DNA of 64,000 nucleotides. It comes from Verrucomicrobiales bacterium. Lineage in GTDB: Bacteria > Verrucomicrobiota > Verrucomicrobiia > Verrucomicrobiales > V1-33. Made by a program: the position numbers and the translations under genes. The first letter of the stretch is position 1. The number at the start of each line of letters is the position of its first letter. Positions 28,888 through 37,257 of this stretch are shown here, one piece after another. The notes under the pieces were generated by a model. It made no database searches. It saw only the letters and a list, made by a program, of their open reading frames with translations, and was not told where the DNA came from. The DNA lies in contig JANOAV010000051.1 of NCBI GenBank assembly GCA_031411295.1, positions 1 to 64,000 on the forward strand. Direction: 5' to 3'.

Positions 28888-30789
28888 ATGAAACTCCTCT
28901 CTGCCCTCCTGTGCTGCCTCTGCGCCCTAACTAACGCCGTCGCTGGCGCGAAAACTACGGTCAGTATCCAAGGCGAGGATTTTCATATTAACGACAAACC
29001 TACTTACGCGGGTCGCGTCTGGAACGGGCATCGCATCGAAGGTCTGCTCATGAACTCGCGGATGGTGCAAGCCACTTACGATGATCTGAATCCTGAAACT
29101 GCCAAACGCTGGGCCTACCCGGATACTGGCAAGTGGGACGCGGAACGCAATGTGCGCGAGTTCATCGCAGCCATGCCGGAGTGGAAAGCGCATGGTTTGC
29201 TGGCGGTTACGGTGAATTTCCAAGGCGGTTCGCCCGAAGGATATTCGGGCGGGCAACCTTGGATCACGGGGGCGTTCACCAAAGAGGGTGCGCTTCGTCC
29301 GGAATTCGCTGCGCGGATGAAACGCGTGCTCGATGCCGCCGACCGCAATGGCATGGTGGTCATTCTGGGCTATTTCTATTTCGGTCAGGACCAACATTTA
29401 CAGGATGAAGCTGCGGTCGTTAAAGCCACCGACGAAGCTACGCAATGGCTGCTGGATGGCGGTTGGGGAAATGTCCTCGTGGAGCTGAACAATGAAACGA
29501 ATGGCAGCTATGATCATGAAATTCTGCGTCCCGCCCGCATCCACGAACTCATGGAGCGGGTCCGCAAAACCGAGCGCAAGGGCCGACGCTTGTTAGTCGG
29601 CACCAGCTACGGTGGCGATATAATCCCGCAAGAGAACGTGGTCCGGACGTCTGATTACCTGCTGCTGCACGGCAACGGCGTGAAAGACCCCGCCCGCATC
29701 ACTCAAATGATCGCGCAAACCAAGCGGGTCCCTGGATTCCATCCCATGCCGATCCTTTACAACGAAGACGATCACGAGAACTTCGATCAACCGACCAACA
29801 ACTGTGCTGCCTCTGTGGCTGACCACGTCTCCTGGGGCTGGTTCGACTACCGTCGAAAAGGCGAGGCGCTGGCAGAGGGTTATCAATCTCCACCTGTGAA
29901 CTGGGGGATTTCATCCACTCGCAAACGGGCGTTTTTCAACTATGTCGCAACCATCACTGGCACGAAATCCGTTGATCAGTCCAGTGCCAAACCAGCGCTG
30001 GACCTCACCAAGTTCAAACTCACCTTCAGCGATGAATTTGATGGTAATAAACTGGACCTTACCAAATGGCAGGCCCCAGAAATGCCACGTCAGGGAAGCT
30101 GTCGCTGGGTAAAGTCACTGGCCACAGTGCATGATGGTGCCTTGCATCTTGGCATTCGCCTAACCAACGATCCCGTGCTGCGCTACGATTGCGCGGCGGT
30201 CCGGACGCGCAAGGATTACGATCCGAACCAGACGATGTTTGCGCAGCGCTACGGCTACTTCGAAGCGCGCGCGAAGTTGCCCAAGAACATGAAGTCCGAC
30301 TACTGGGCTGCGTTCTGGATGATGTGTGGCAATGTCAACAGTCCGGATACGCGCGAAGGCATCGAGGCGGACATCCTGGAGAGTTTTCAACAGTCCAATG
30401 TGCCGCGCTACGGCATGAATTTTCATTGGAACGGCTACGGCAAAGAACACAACGCCACGGGCATCAAACTTGATCCAACTCCCGCACTAGCGGATGGCGA
30501 GTTCCATCGTTTCGGCATGTATTGGGATGAGAAAGTTTACGTGGCCTTCTTCGACGGACGTGAAGTTGGTCGCACGGACTTGATTGGCCTGGGTGGCAAA
30601 GACAATGGTAAAACGACCTCTCAAGGCCCTTGCCAAAAGCCTGGCTACCTCAAGCTGAGTTGCGAAGCCGCTGCTTGGGCGGGTGCCACCAATCAATGGG
30701 AAAAGGACCCGACCAAGGAGGATGCGTTCGTGGTGGATTATGTGCGGGTGTATGAAGGGACTTTGCCAACCGCAACCAATAAACCCTAA
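28888..30789 (+). CDS. Two-domain glycoside hydrolase: clan-A/TIM-barrel-like domain fused to a GH16 domain
   Basis: Signal peptide from ATG 28888; ELNNE and YNED in N-domain; FSDEFDG, YGYFEARAK, WAAFWM, EADILE, VDYVRVY in C-domain. Confidence 0.8.
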   Translation: MKLLSALLCCLCALTNAVAGAKTTVSIQGEDFHINDKPTYAGRVWNGHRIEGLLMNSRMVQATYDDLNPETAKRWAYPDTGKWDAERNVREFIAAMPEWKAHGLLAVTVNFQGGSPEGYSGGQPWITGAFTKEGALRPEFAARMKRVLDAADRNGMVVILGYFYFGQDQHLQDEAAVVKATDEATQWLLDGGWGNVLVELNNETNGSYDHEILRPARIHELMERVRKTERKGRRLLVGTSYGGDIIPQENVVRTSDYLLLHGNGVKDPARITQMIAQTKRVPGFHPMPILYNEDDHENFDQPTNNCAASVADHVSWGWFDYRRKGEALAEGYQSPPVNWGISSTRKRAFFNYVATITGTKSVDQSSAKPALDLTKFKLTFSDEFDGNKLDLTKWQAPEMPRQGSCRWVKSLATVHDGALHLGIRLTNDPVLRYDCAAVRTRKDYDPNQTMFAQRYGYFEARAKLPKNMKSDYWAAFWMMCGNVNSPDTREGIEADILESFQQSNVPRYGMNFHWNGYGKEHNATGIKLDPTPALADGEFHRFGMYWDEKVYVAFFDGREVGRTDLIGLGGKDNGKTTSQGPCQKPGYLKLSCEAAAWAGATNQWEKDPTKEDAFVVDYVRVYEGTLPTATNKP

Positions 30790-30801
30790 CTTTAAAAGTT
30801 T

Positions 30802-31155
30802 ATGCTGAATCCACGCTTCGCTGTCGCTCAACTCGATGAAATCCCGCCGACACCCTGTCCCTGCGGCCAGGCTCGACGCGCATTTAAGGAAGATTGGAAT
30901 CAGCTTGCTACGGTGCATCTCACGGACATCCACGCGGACAGCCGCGCCCATTATCACAAGAAGATGACTGAGATATACATCGTGCTCGAAGGCGAAGGCT
31001 ATCTCGAGGCCGATGGCGAAATCATTCCGCTCAAGCCGATGACCACCGTGATGATTCGCCCCGGCTGCGTGCATCGCGCCGTGGGCAATCTGCGCATCAT
31101 CAATGTGCCGATGCCGCCATTTGATCCTACGGATGAGTTTGAAGTAGAGAGCTGA
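30802..31155 (+). CDS. Cupin domain protein
   Basis: HYHKKMTEIYIVLEGEG, IRPGCVHRA. Confidence 0.9.
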   Translation: MLNPRFAVAQLDEIPPTPCPCGQARRAFKEDWNQLATVHLTDIHADSRAHYHKKMTEIYIVLEGEGYLEADGEIIPLKPMTTVMIRPGCVHRAVGNLRIINVPMPPFDPTDEFEVES

Positions 31156-31245
31156 AACCATACCGCCGCCCTTTGATGATCACGTTTGTTCACTCGATGT
31201 TCCGCCCGGCCTCCTGATTCTCACCGCCAGAATTCTTCTCTCACC

Positions 31246-32127
31246 ATGAAAAGCATCATCATCTGCCTTGAAGTTCTGCTGCTGACTCTCGTTTCTGCGC
31301 CCGCTGCTGAGTTGCCGGATATTCGCAGCGTGCCACCGGATCTTACAGTGCCTGCGTTGACTGCGGAGCCACCTGCCGCTGGCCTGCGGACGAAGCAAAC
31401 GCTTGCCGCGTGGAAGGGCACGGCTGTTTACCATGTGCTCTATTTGCCCACGGACTGGGAGCCGAACGCGAAGCTGCCCGTGCTGGTGGAATTCGCTGGA
31501 AATGGTGGCTACTCCAATGCTTTCGGTGATGTTAGCACCGGTCGGCCGGAGGGTAGTAATTTGGGCTACGGGTTGTCATTAGGACGTGGATTCATCTGGC
31601 TTTGCGTGCCCTATCTCAATGCTGCCGGGGATGATCTGGCACTGACGTGGTGGGGCGATGCAACGAATCGCGACCCACAGCCGACGCTGAAGTATTGTCG
31701 CGAAACCGTGCGTCAGGTGTGCGCGCAATTTGGTGGCGACGACAGTCGTGTCGTGCTCTGTGGTTTCTCACGCGGTGCCATTGCGTGCAATTACCTTGGC
31801 CTGCATGACGACGAGACTGCCAAGCTCTGGTGCGGCTTCTTTGCCTGCAGTCATTACGATGGCGTCCGCTCGTGGCCTTATCCAGAGGCGGACAAAGCCT
31901 CCGCGCTCACACGGCTGAAGCGGTTGGGCGAACGGCCTCAGTTCATTTGTGGTGAGAATGACAACGCAGCCGACACTGAAAACTATCTCAAGCCATTGCT
32001 GCCCGACGCGAAGCTCACATTCCTGAGCACCGGCTTCCGCAATCACAACGACGCTTGGATCCTCCGTCCCAGCCCCGCGCGCGAACAAGCCCGCCAATGG
32101 CTGGCAAAGATCAAATCGCCTCGATAA
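31246..32127 (+). CDS. Exported alpha/beta hydrolase
   Basis: Signal peptide from ATG 31246; LYLPTDW, nucleophile elbow GFSRG, C-terminal His (RNHND). Confidence 0.78.
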   Translation: MKSIIICLEVLLLTLVSAPAAELPDIRSVPPDLTVPALTAEPPAAGLRTKQTLAAWKGTAVYHVLYLPTDWEPNAKLPVLVEFAGNGGYSNAFGDVSTGRPEGSNLGYGLSLGRGFIWLCVPYLNAAGDDLALTWWGDATNRDPQPTLKYCRETVRQVCAQFGGDDSRVVLCGFSRGAIACNYLGLHDDETAKLWCGFFACSHYDGVRSWPYPEADKASALTRLKRLGERPQFICGENDNAADTENYLKPLLPDAKLTFLSTGFRNHNDAWILRPSPAREQARQWLAKIKSPR

Positions 32128-32329
32128 ATGATAATTCCCCGGCCCATATCTCCGCCATCCTGTCATTCATTCTTCTGTTTTCATCCCACAAAGGCGTGCG
32201 ACCCTGTATGCAGGTCGGCTTCACGGTCGAGTCTTACATCTGGCTGCCCGATTGGGTAGCAAAATTTCAGTCCAGTCAATCTATCATACGTCGCAAGTGA
32301 GAAGGGCCGAGCGAGCGGAGCGCTCCTAC

Positions 32330-33301
32330 TCATCCCGCAGCCGCGTGCTTCCGCACTGGTGCGGCGGTCTTGCCGCGATAACGCCGTGACAGGGCCGCCT
32401 CACCTTTGCTGGCGATCAGCTGCACTACCGGGTGTTCGATCCGTCTCTCCGCAGTGATCAGATAGAGGTGAATGCGGCAGTCCTCCGTCTTTCCAAGAAT
32501 CTCTAATCCGTAGCGTTGGACCGCATCGGCGGCCACGATGGTGGGGATGGCTGTGAAGCCAACTCCTTCGCTGGCCACCACCTTGGCAAGCGCGGCATCT
32601 GCGAACTCCGCAGCCACGCGGGGTTCCACGCCAGCCAGACGGAACCAAGTATCCAACTCCCGACGTTGCGGCGTGTTCGGCGTGGGCAGCAGTGCGGGAG
32701 CGCCTCGGAGGTTGGCGGGAAAGCGTCCTTTCAATCGTCGCGCCAGCGCGGGAGCAGCGCAAAAGGTGATGCCGCTGGATCCCAGCGGGTGGGTAAAAGT
32801 TTTGATATTCCCCTGGGTAGGCGGCGGTTCGTCTGAGAGCACTGCATCCAGCCGATGGGATGCCAGTTGGCCCAGCAAATCGTCAAGTTTGCCCTCATGG
32901 CAGGAAAGCAGCACCGAAGGCGCATGGAGGAAGGCCGGCCGCAGGATATCCAGACTCAGGAGCTTGGGAAAAGAATCTACGATCCCAACCTGCAACCGCA
33001 TCGCCCGATTGGACGGACCGCTCCTGGTGGCCACGAGCAATTCCTGCCCAAGGGCGAAAATGTCTGCGGTGTAGGTTTGCACCAGACGTCCGAATTCGGT
33101 TAGCGCCAGCACCCGTCCGTTGCGACGGAAGAGGCTTTCCCCCAAGGCGGCCTCCAGCTGCTTGATTTGAGTGCAAATGGACGGCTCCGATACCCGGAGT
33201 TTCTCCGAAGCGGAGCGCAGGCTGCCAGTCGTGGCGACCGTTTGGAAATAACGCAGGTGGTGATAATTCAGCCAGTCACTGGCAGATTCGATGGATTCCA
33301 T
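32330..33301 (-). CDS. LysR-family regulator, NhaR-like
   Basis: WLNYHHLRYF N-terminus, HTH, QIKQLEAALGE, ITAERRIEHPVV, all typical of the NhaR subfamily. Confidence 0.9.
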   Translation of the reverse strand: MESIESASDWLNYHHLRYFQTVATTGSLRSASEKLRVSEPSICTQIKQLEAALGESLFRRNGRVLALTEFGRLVQTYTADIFALGQELLVATRSGPSNRAMRLQVGIVDSFPKLLSLDILRPAFLHAPSVLLSCHEGKLDDLLGQLASHRLDAVLSDEPPPTQGNIKTFTHPLGSSGITFCAAPALARRLKGRFPANLRGAPALLPTPNTPQRRELDTWFRLAGVEPRVAAEFADAALAKVVASEGVGFTAIPTIVAADAVQRYGLEILGKTEDCRIHLYLITAERRIEHPVVQLIASKGEAALSRRYRGKTAAPVRKHAAAG

Positions 33302-33411
33302 AATCTGAAAGTAATCGTTTCATAATGAATATTATTCAAACTGAAAATGCGGACGATCTCTGAGGCGTCAAGAATCTTGACCAACCCACCCAACCCTTAA
33401 TCCAACATTTC

Positions 33412-33732
33412 ATGAACTGTCCAAAATGCCTTGTTACGCTCTCCATGTCCGACCGTCAGGGAGTTGAAATCGACTTCTGCCCGCAATGCCGTGGCGTCTG
33501 GCTGGATCGCGGAGAACTGGACAAAATCATTGAGCGCTCGAATGCGGCCCCGGTGGCTGCGGCTCAGCCGCAGGCTGCCGAGAGTTATCCGGCACCTGCG
33601 GCTTCTGCGCTTCCACGGGATCGTCGTCGCGAATACGACGATGATGATGACTTCAGTTACCGCACCCGGGACGGATATACGAGTCACGGGAAGAAGAAGA
33701 AAAGCTTCCTCGGAGACCTGTTTGACTTGTAA
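33412..33732 (+). CDS. zf-TFIIB domain protein
   Basis: MNCPKC...GVEIDFCPQCRGVWLDRGELDKII; tail KKKKSFLGDLFD. Confidence 0.92.
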   Translation: MNCPKCLVTLSMSDRQGVEIDFCPQCRGVWLDRGELDKIIERSNAAPVAAAQPQAAESYPAPAASALPRDRRREYDDDDDFSYRTRDGYTSHGKKKKSFLGDLFDL

Positions 33733-33773
33733 ACCTCGCTGCCGGCCAACCCTTCACTCAATAAAAACAACTT

Positions 33774-34220
33774 ATGAAAAAGAACCCTGAACTAGCCGCC
33801 TACATGAACTGCACCGCCGAAGAAGGCTTGGATCTGGACCGTTTCGTGGAACACGGTGCCCGTCTGCTTACTCCTGCCGAGTCCGCCAGCTTGACCGTTG
33901 GGCTCAATGATCTCAGCGCCAAGATCAGGTCCCTGCGAATCGAGCATAACCGACTGGCGGATCAATTGGACCTGCTGGTCGATTTCTATCTGACAAATTC
34001 ACCCGGTCTTCCGGATCAAGTCCGCTCGGAAACGATCTTCGCCCTGCTGTATACGCTCAATGATGCCGATTTGGTGCCTGATGATGAACCAGAGGTTGGC
34101 TATCTGGATGACCAGGCGGTCGTGGAAAGCGTCCTCTCAAGACACCCGGGCGTGTTTGAATCTCACTGCCTATACCGCGAAATCGAATGGTCCACAGTGG
34201 CTCCTGAGCAGATTGCCTAA
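33774..34220 (+). CDS. YkvA/DUF1232 family protein
   Basis: ALLYTLNDADLVPDDEPEVGYLDD. Confidence 0.8.
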   Translation: MKKNPELAAYMNCTAEEGLDLDRFVEHGARLLTPAESASLTVGLNDLSAKIRSLRIEHNRLADQLDLLVDFYLTNSPGLPDQVRSETIFALLYTLNDADLVPDDEPEVGYLDDQAVVESVLSRHPGVFESHCLYREIEWSTVAPEQIA

Positions 34221-34247
34221 GCACCCGGCACCACGAATTGCTGCGCT

Positions 34248-35084
34248 ATGATTTCTTTCGCGAACCGCATTGTCGATTCCAAGGCCTTCCGAGCCACCAT
34301 CATCGTCGTGATCCTGCTGGCTGGGGTGCTGGTGGGCGTGGAGACTAACGCCGCACTGGCCAGCGAACATCGGGGATTACTCCGGGCCTTGGATCTTACG
34401 GTGCTGGGTATTTTCATCGCTGAAATAGCCCTGAAGATCATCGCGAAAGGGAAGCGTCCGCTGAATTACTTCCGCGACGGATGGAATGTCTTTGATTTCA
34501 CGATTGTGGCAGTCTGCCTGCTTCCCATCGGCGGACCATTCGCGGCCGTGCTGAGATTGGTGCGCACGCTGAGATTGCTGCGCCTGGTGACGGCTCTGCC
34601 AAGGCTCCAGCTTATCGTTGGGGCGCTGCTGAAAAGCTTGAGTTCCATGGGTTATGTCACGCTGCTGCTCTCACTGATTTTTTACATTTATGCGATCATC
34701 GGGATTCAGTTATTCGGGCAGCATGCCCCGCACCAATTCGGTTCCCTGTCGGCGGCCATGCTATCCCTTTTCCAAATGATCACGCTTGATGCTTGGAGTG
34801 ACCTCTTCCACAGCGTCAATCGCTTTGCGCCGATCGCATCAGTGCTTTATTTCCTCACCTTTATTCTCCTCGGAACCATGATCATGCTGAACCTCTTCAT
34901 CGGCGTCATCATGAGCAGCATGTCAGAGATGCACGCAGAGTTGGACGAGCAGAAACAGGGCCGCAAATCCTCACGCAATGATGAAACCGTCTCCTCTGCG
35001 CTGACGTTGATCGATCAACAACTCACCACCTTGCGGACGCAGTTCGAGTCCCTGCGGGCGAAACTTCCAAAATCACCCATATGA
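34248..35084 (+). CDS. 6-TM voltage-gated cation channel (BacNav/prokaryotic Cav family)
   Basis: YFRDGWNVFDF, S4 LRLVRTLRLLRLV, pore LFQMITLDAWSD, S6 LNLFIGVI, C-terminal coiled coil. Confidence 0.92.
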   Translation: MISFANRIVDSKAFRATIIVVILLAGVLVGVETNAALASEHRGLLRALDLTVLGIFIAEIALKIIAKGKRPLNYFRDGWNVFDFTIVAVCLLPIGGPFAAVLRLVRTLRLLRLVTALPRLQLIVGALLKSLSSMGYVTLLLSLIFYIYAIIGIQLFGQHAPHQFGSLSAAMLSLFQMITLDAWSDLFHSVNRFAPIASVLYFLTFILLGTMIMLNLFIGVIMSSMSEMHAELDEQKQGRKSSRNDETVSSALTLIDQQLTTLRTQFESLRAKLPKSPI

Positions 35085-35329
35085 AATTGAAACACTGGCT
35101 GCTGTCACTCTGGGTGCTGAGCTTTTTCGCGTTGCACCAGGACTTTTGGAACTGGACCCAGGCTGATCCGCTGCTCTTCGGCATGCTGCCGCCGGGGTTG
35201 ACCTATCATCTGGGATATTCGGTGCTGGCGGCATTTACCATGGCGCTTCTCGTTAAGTTCGCCTGGCCTTCCGATCTGGATGATGAAGCCACAGCTGAGC
35301 AACCGCCTGTCCACAAATCAGAACCATGA
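35081..35329 (+). CDS. DUF3311-like small membrane subunit of sodium:solute symporter
   Basis: LHQDFWNW...LLFGMLPPGLTYH; ATGA overlaps with both neighbours. Confidence 0.82.
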   Translation: MKLKHWLLSLWVLSFFALHQDFWNWTQADPLLFGMLPPGLTYHLGYSVLAAFTMALLVKFAWPSDLDDEATAEQPPVHKSEP

Positions 35330-36894
35330 TCCCGACCATTGTCATTTTCATCTATCTGGCCATCGTGCTCTACGTTGGGCTGTTTGCCTTTCGTATGAGC
35401 ACTGGTTCCAAGGAGGACTTCTTCCTCGCGAGCCGGTCGCTGGGGCCGTGGGTTTTTCTGCTCACGGTCTTCGGCACGAACATGACCGCCTTCGCCATCC
35501 TTGGCAGCTCAGGCTTGGCCTATCAGCGGGGGATTGGCGTTTACGGGCTGATGGCATCCTCTTCCGGACTGATCATTCCCCTCACGATTTTCCTCATCGG
35601 CACCAGACTTTGGGCGCTTGGAAAAAAGCACGGCTACATGACGCAAGTGCAGTATTTTCGGGATCGCTGGGAGTGCAGCGGGGTTGGCACGGTGATCTTT
35701 ACCGTAACCGCACTGATGATGATTCCTTACATCGTGATCGGAATGATGGGTGGAGGACATACCTTGGAGGAACTCAGCGGTGGCTTGGTGCCCTATTGGC
35801 TGGGCGGTGCGGTGGTGGGCGTGGTGGTGATGCTTTATGTCTTTTTCGGAGGCATGCGGGGCGTGGCCTGGGTCAACGCCCTGCAAACGGTGCTCTTCCT
35901 GGCCTTCGGGGCGATCGCCTTCATCCTGATCTCCCGCAATCTCGGTGGCTTCGACCGCATTATTGGCGAAATTGCAGCGGACCCGAAGGATTCCGCACTG
36001 CTGACGCGCCAACGCATTTCACCTCAGGAATTCTTCAGCTATGCGTTTATTCCACTTTCCGCCATGATGTTCCCGCACATGGCCATCATGTGTCTGACGG
36101 CGGAGAAAGTGACTTCCTTCAAGCGCACCGTCGTCTGGTATCCGATCTGCATTTTATTGATCTGGTTGCCCAGCGTATTCCTGGGCATTGTGGCCGCCCA
36201 TCAATTTCCCGGCCTGAAAATGGGTGAGTCCGATGATGTGATTCTGCGGCTGCTGGTGGGCAATACCGATGTCATTGTGGCCGGCATTCTCGGGGCCGCG
36301 ATCATGGCTTGCGTCATGGCCACGGATTCGCAGATCATGGCGCTCAGCACGATGTTCAGTCAGGATGTTTTCGCCCACTACGGTGGCACCAAGCGCTATG
36401 GCGAACAAGCCCAGGTCTGGATGGGGCGGGCGTTCGTGATCGTCATCGCAGTCGTTAGCTATGTCCTTGCGCTGATACTGGAAGGGCAGAAGTCGATCTT
36501 CGATCTGGCCATCCGCTTCGGTTTCTCCGGATTCGCAGCCCTTGCTCCAGTGATGCTGGCCGCACTGTTCTGGCGCAGGAGCAATCAATGGGGAGCGCTG
36601 GCAGCCGTGCTCTGGGTGGTGGTTTCGATGGCTTTCCTGTGGTGGCTCCAGGTTCATTCCCAATCGCTGGCCCCGAAACCAGGGCAACCTCCGGTGCCGA
36701 TCTTTGCAGAGCTTGGGCAACTCTTTCTCCGGACTCCTTCGAACGTCACCATCTTCGGATTCATGCCAGTGATGTTCATGTGCTTCGGTTCCGTCTTCTG
36801 GATCGTCGCAGTGAGCCTCCTCACCAAGCCACCCTCAAGGAACACCCTTGAGAAATTTTTCCCCAGGAAAGCAAAAGGCGCTGCACTAGGCTAA
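35326..36894 (+). CDS. Sodium:solute symporter (SSS) family
   Basis: DFFLASRSLG, GGMRGVAWVNALQ, AAIMACVMATDSQ; many TM segments. Confidence 0.93.
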   Translation: MIPTIVIFIYLAIVLYVGLFAFRMSTGSKEDFFLASRSLGPWVFLLTVFGTNMTAFAILGSSGLAYQRGIGVYGLMASSSGLIIPLTIFLIGTRLWALGKKHGYMTQVQYFRDRWECSGVGTVIFTVTALMMIPYIVIGMMGGGHTLEELSGGLVPYWLGGAVVGVVVMLYVFFGGMRGVAWVNALQTVLFLAFGAIAFILISRNLGGFDRIIGEIAADPKDSALLTRQRISPQEFFSYAFIPLSAMMFPHMAIMCLTAEKVTSFKRTVVWYPICILLIWLPSVFLGIVAAHQFPGLKMGESDDVILRLLVGNTDVIVAGILGAAIMACVMATDSQIMALSTMFSQDVFAHYGGTKRYGEQAQVWMGRAFVIVIAVVSYVLALILEGQKSIFDLAIRFGFSGFAALAPVMLAALFWRRSNQWGALAAVLWVVVSMAFLWWLQVHSQSLAPKPGQPPVPIFAELGQLFLRTPSNVTIFGFMPVMFMCFGSVFWIVAVSLLTKPPSRNTLEKFFPRKAKGAALG

Positions 36895-37238
36895 CAGAAG
36901 GCTACTACCGCGCCCTCCGCCGCACCCAGACCACGCTCACCTCCAAGAAGCCCGAATGGGAAGCCTGGCACCTCTTCTTCCTCCGCGCCCTCGTGAAGCA
37001 AAAAGACGCGCTCGCCAAAAAGATCGCCCTCGAAGAAACCCTCACCGAAGACCTCCACCCGCTCGCCCAAAAGATCGTCGCCCTCCTCCCCGATCACGAA
37101 ACCCTCACACTCAGTCAGATCGTGAGGCTCACGAAGGGCAAACCCAGCACCGTGAAGTTGCGCCTGAAGGAACTCGTCGAGAAAGGCTATCTTGTGCCGA
37201 AGGGACAAGGGCGCGGGGCGCATTATTTTAGAACATAA
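36894..37238 (+). pseudogene. 3' remnant of a Fic-family protein with C-terminal winged HTH
   Basis: In-frame TEGYYRALRRTQ...WEAWHLFFLRAL...LVEKGYLVPKGQGRGAHY starts at the SSS stop with no N-terminus or HPFxxGNGR motif. Confidence 0.72.
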
Positions 37239-37257
37239 GCCCTCTAAGGTATTGAAG

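Noticed and set aside
35280..36227. 315-aa alternative-frame ORF
   Set aside because: Overlaps the SSS gene in another frame; Arg/His/Gly-rich, not protein-like
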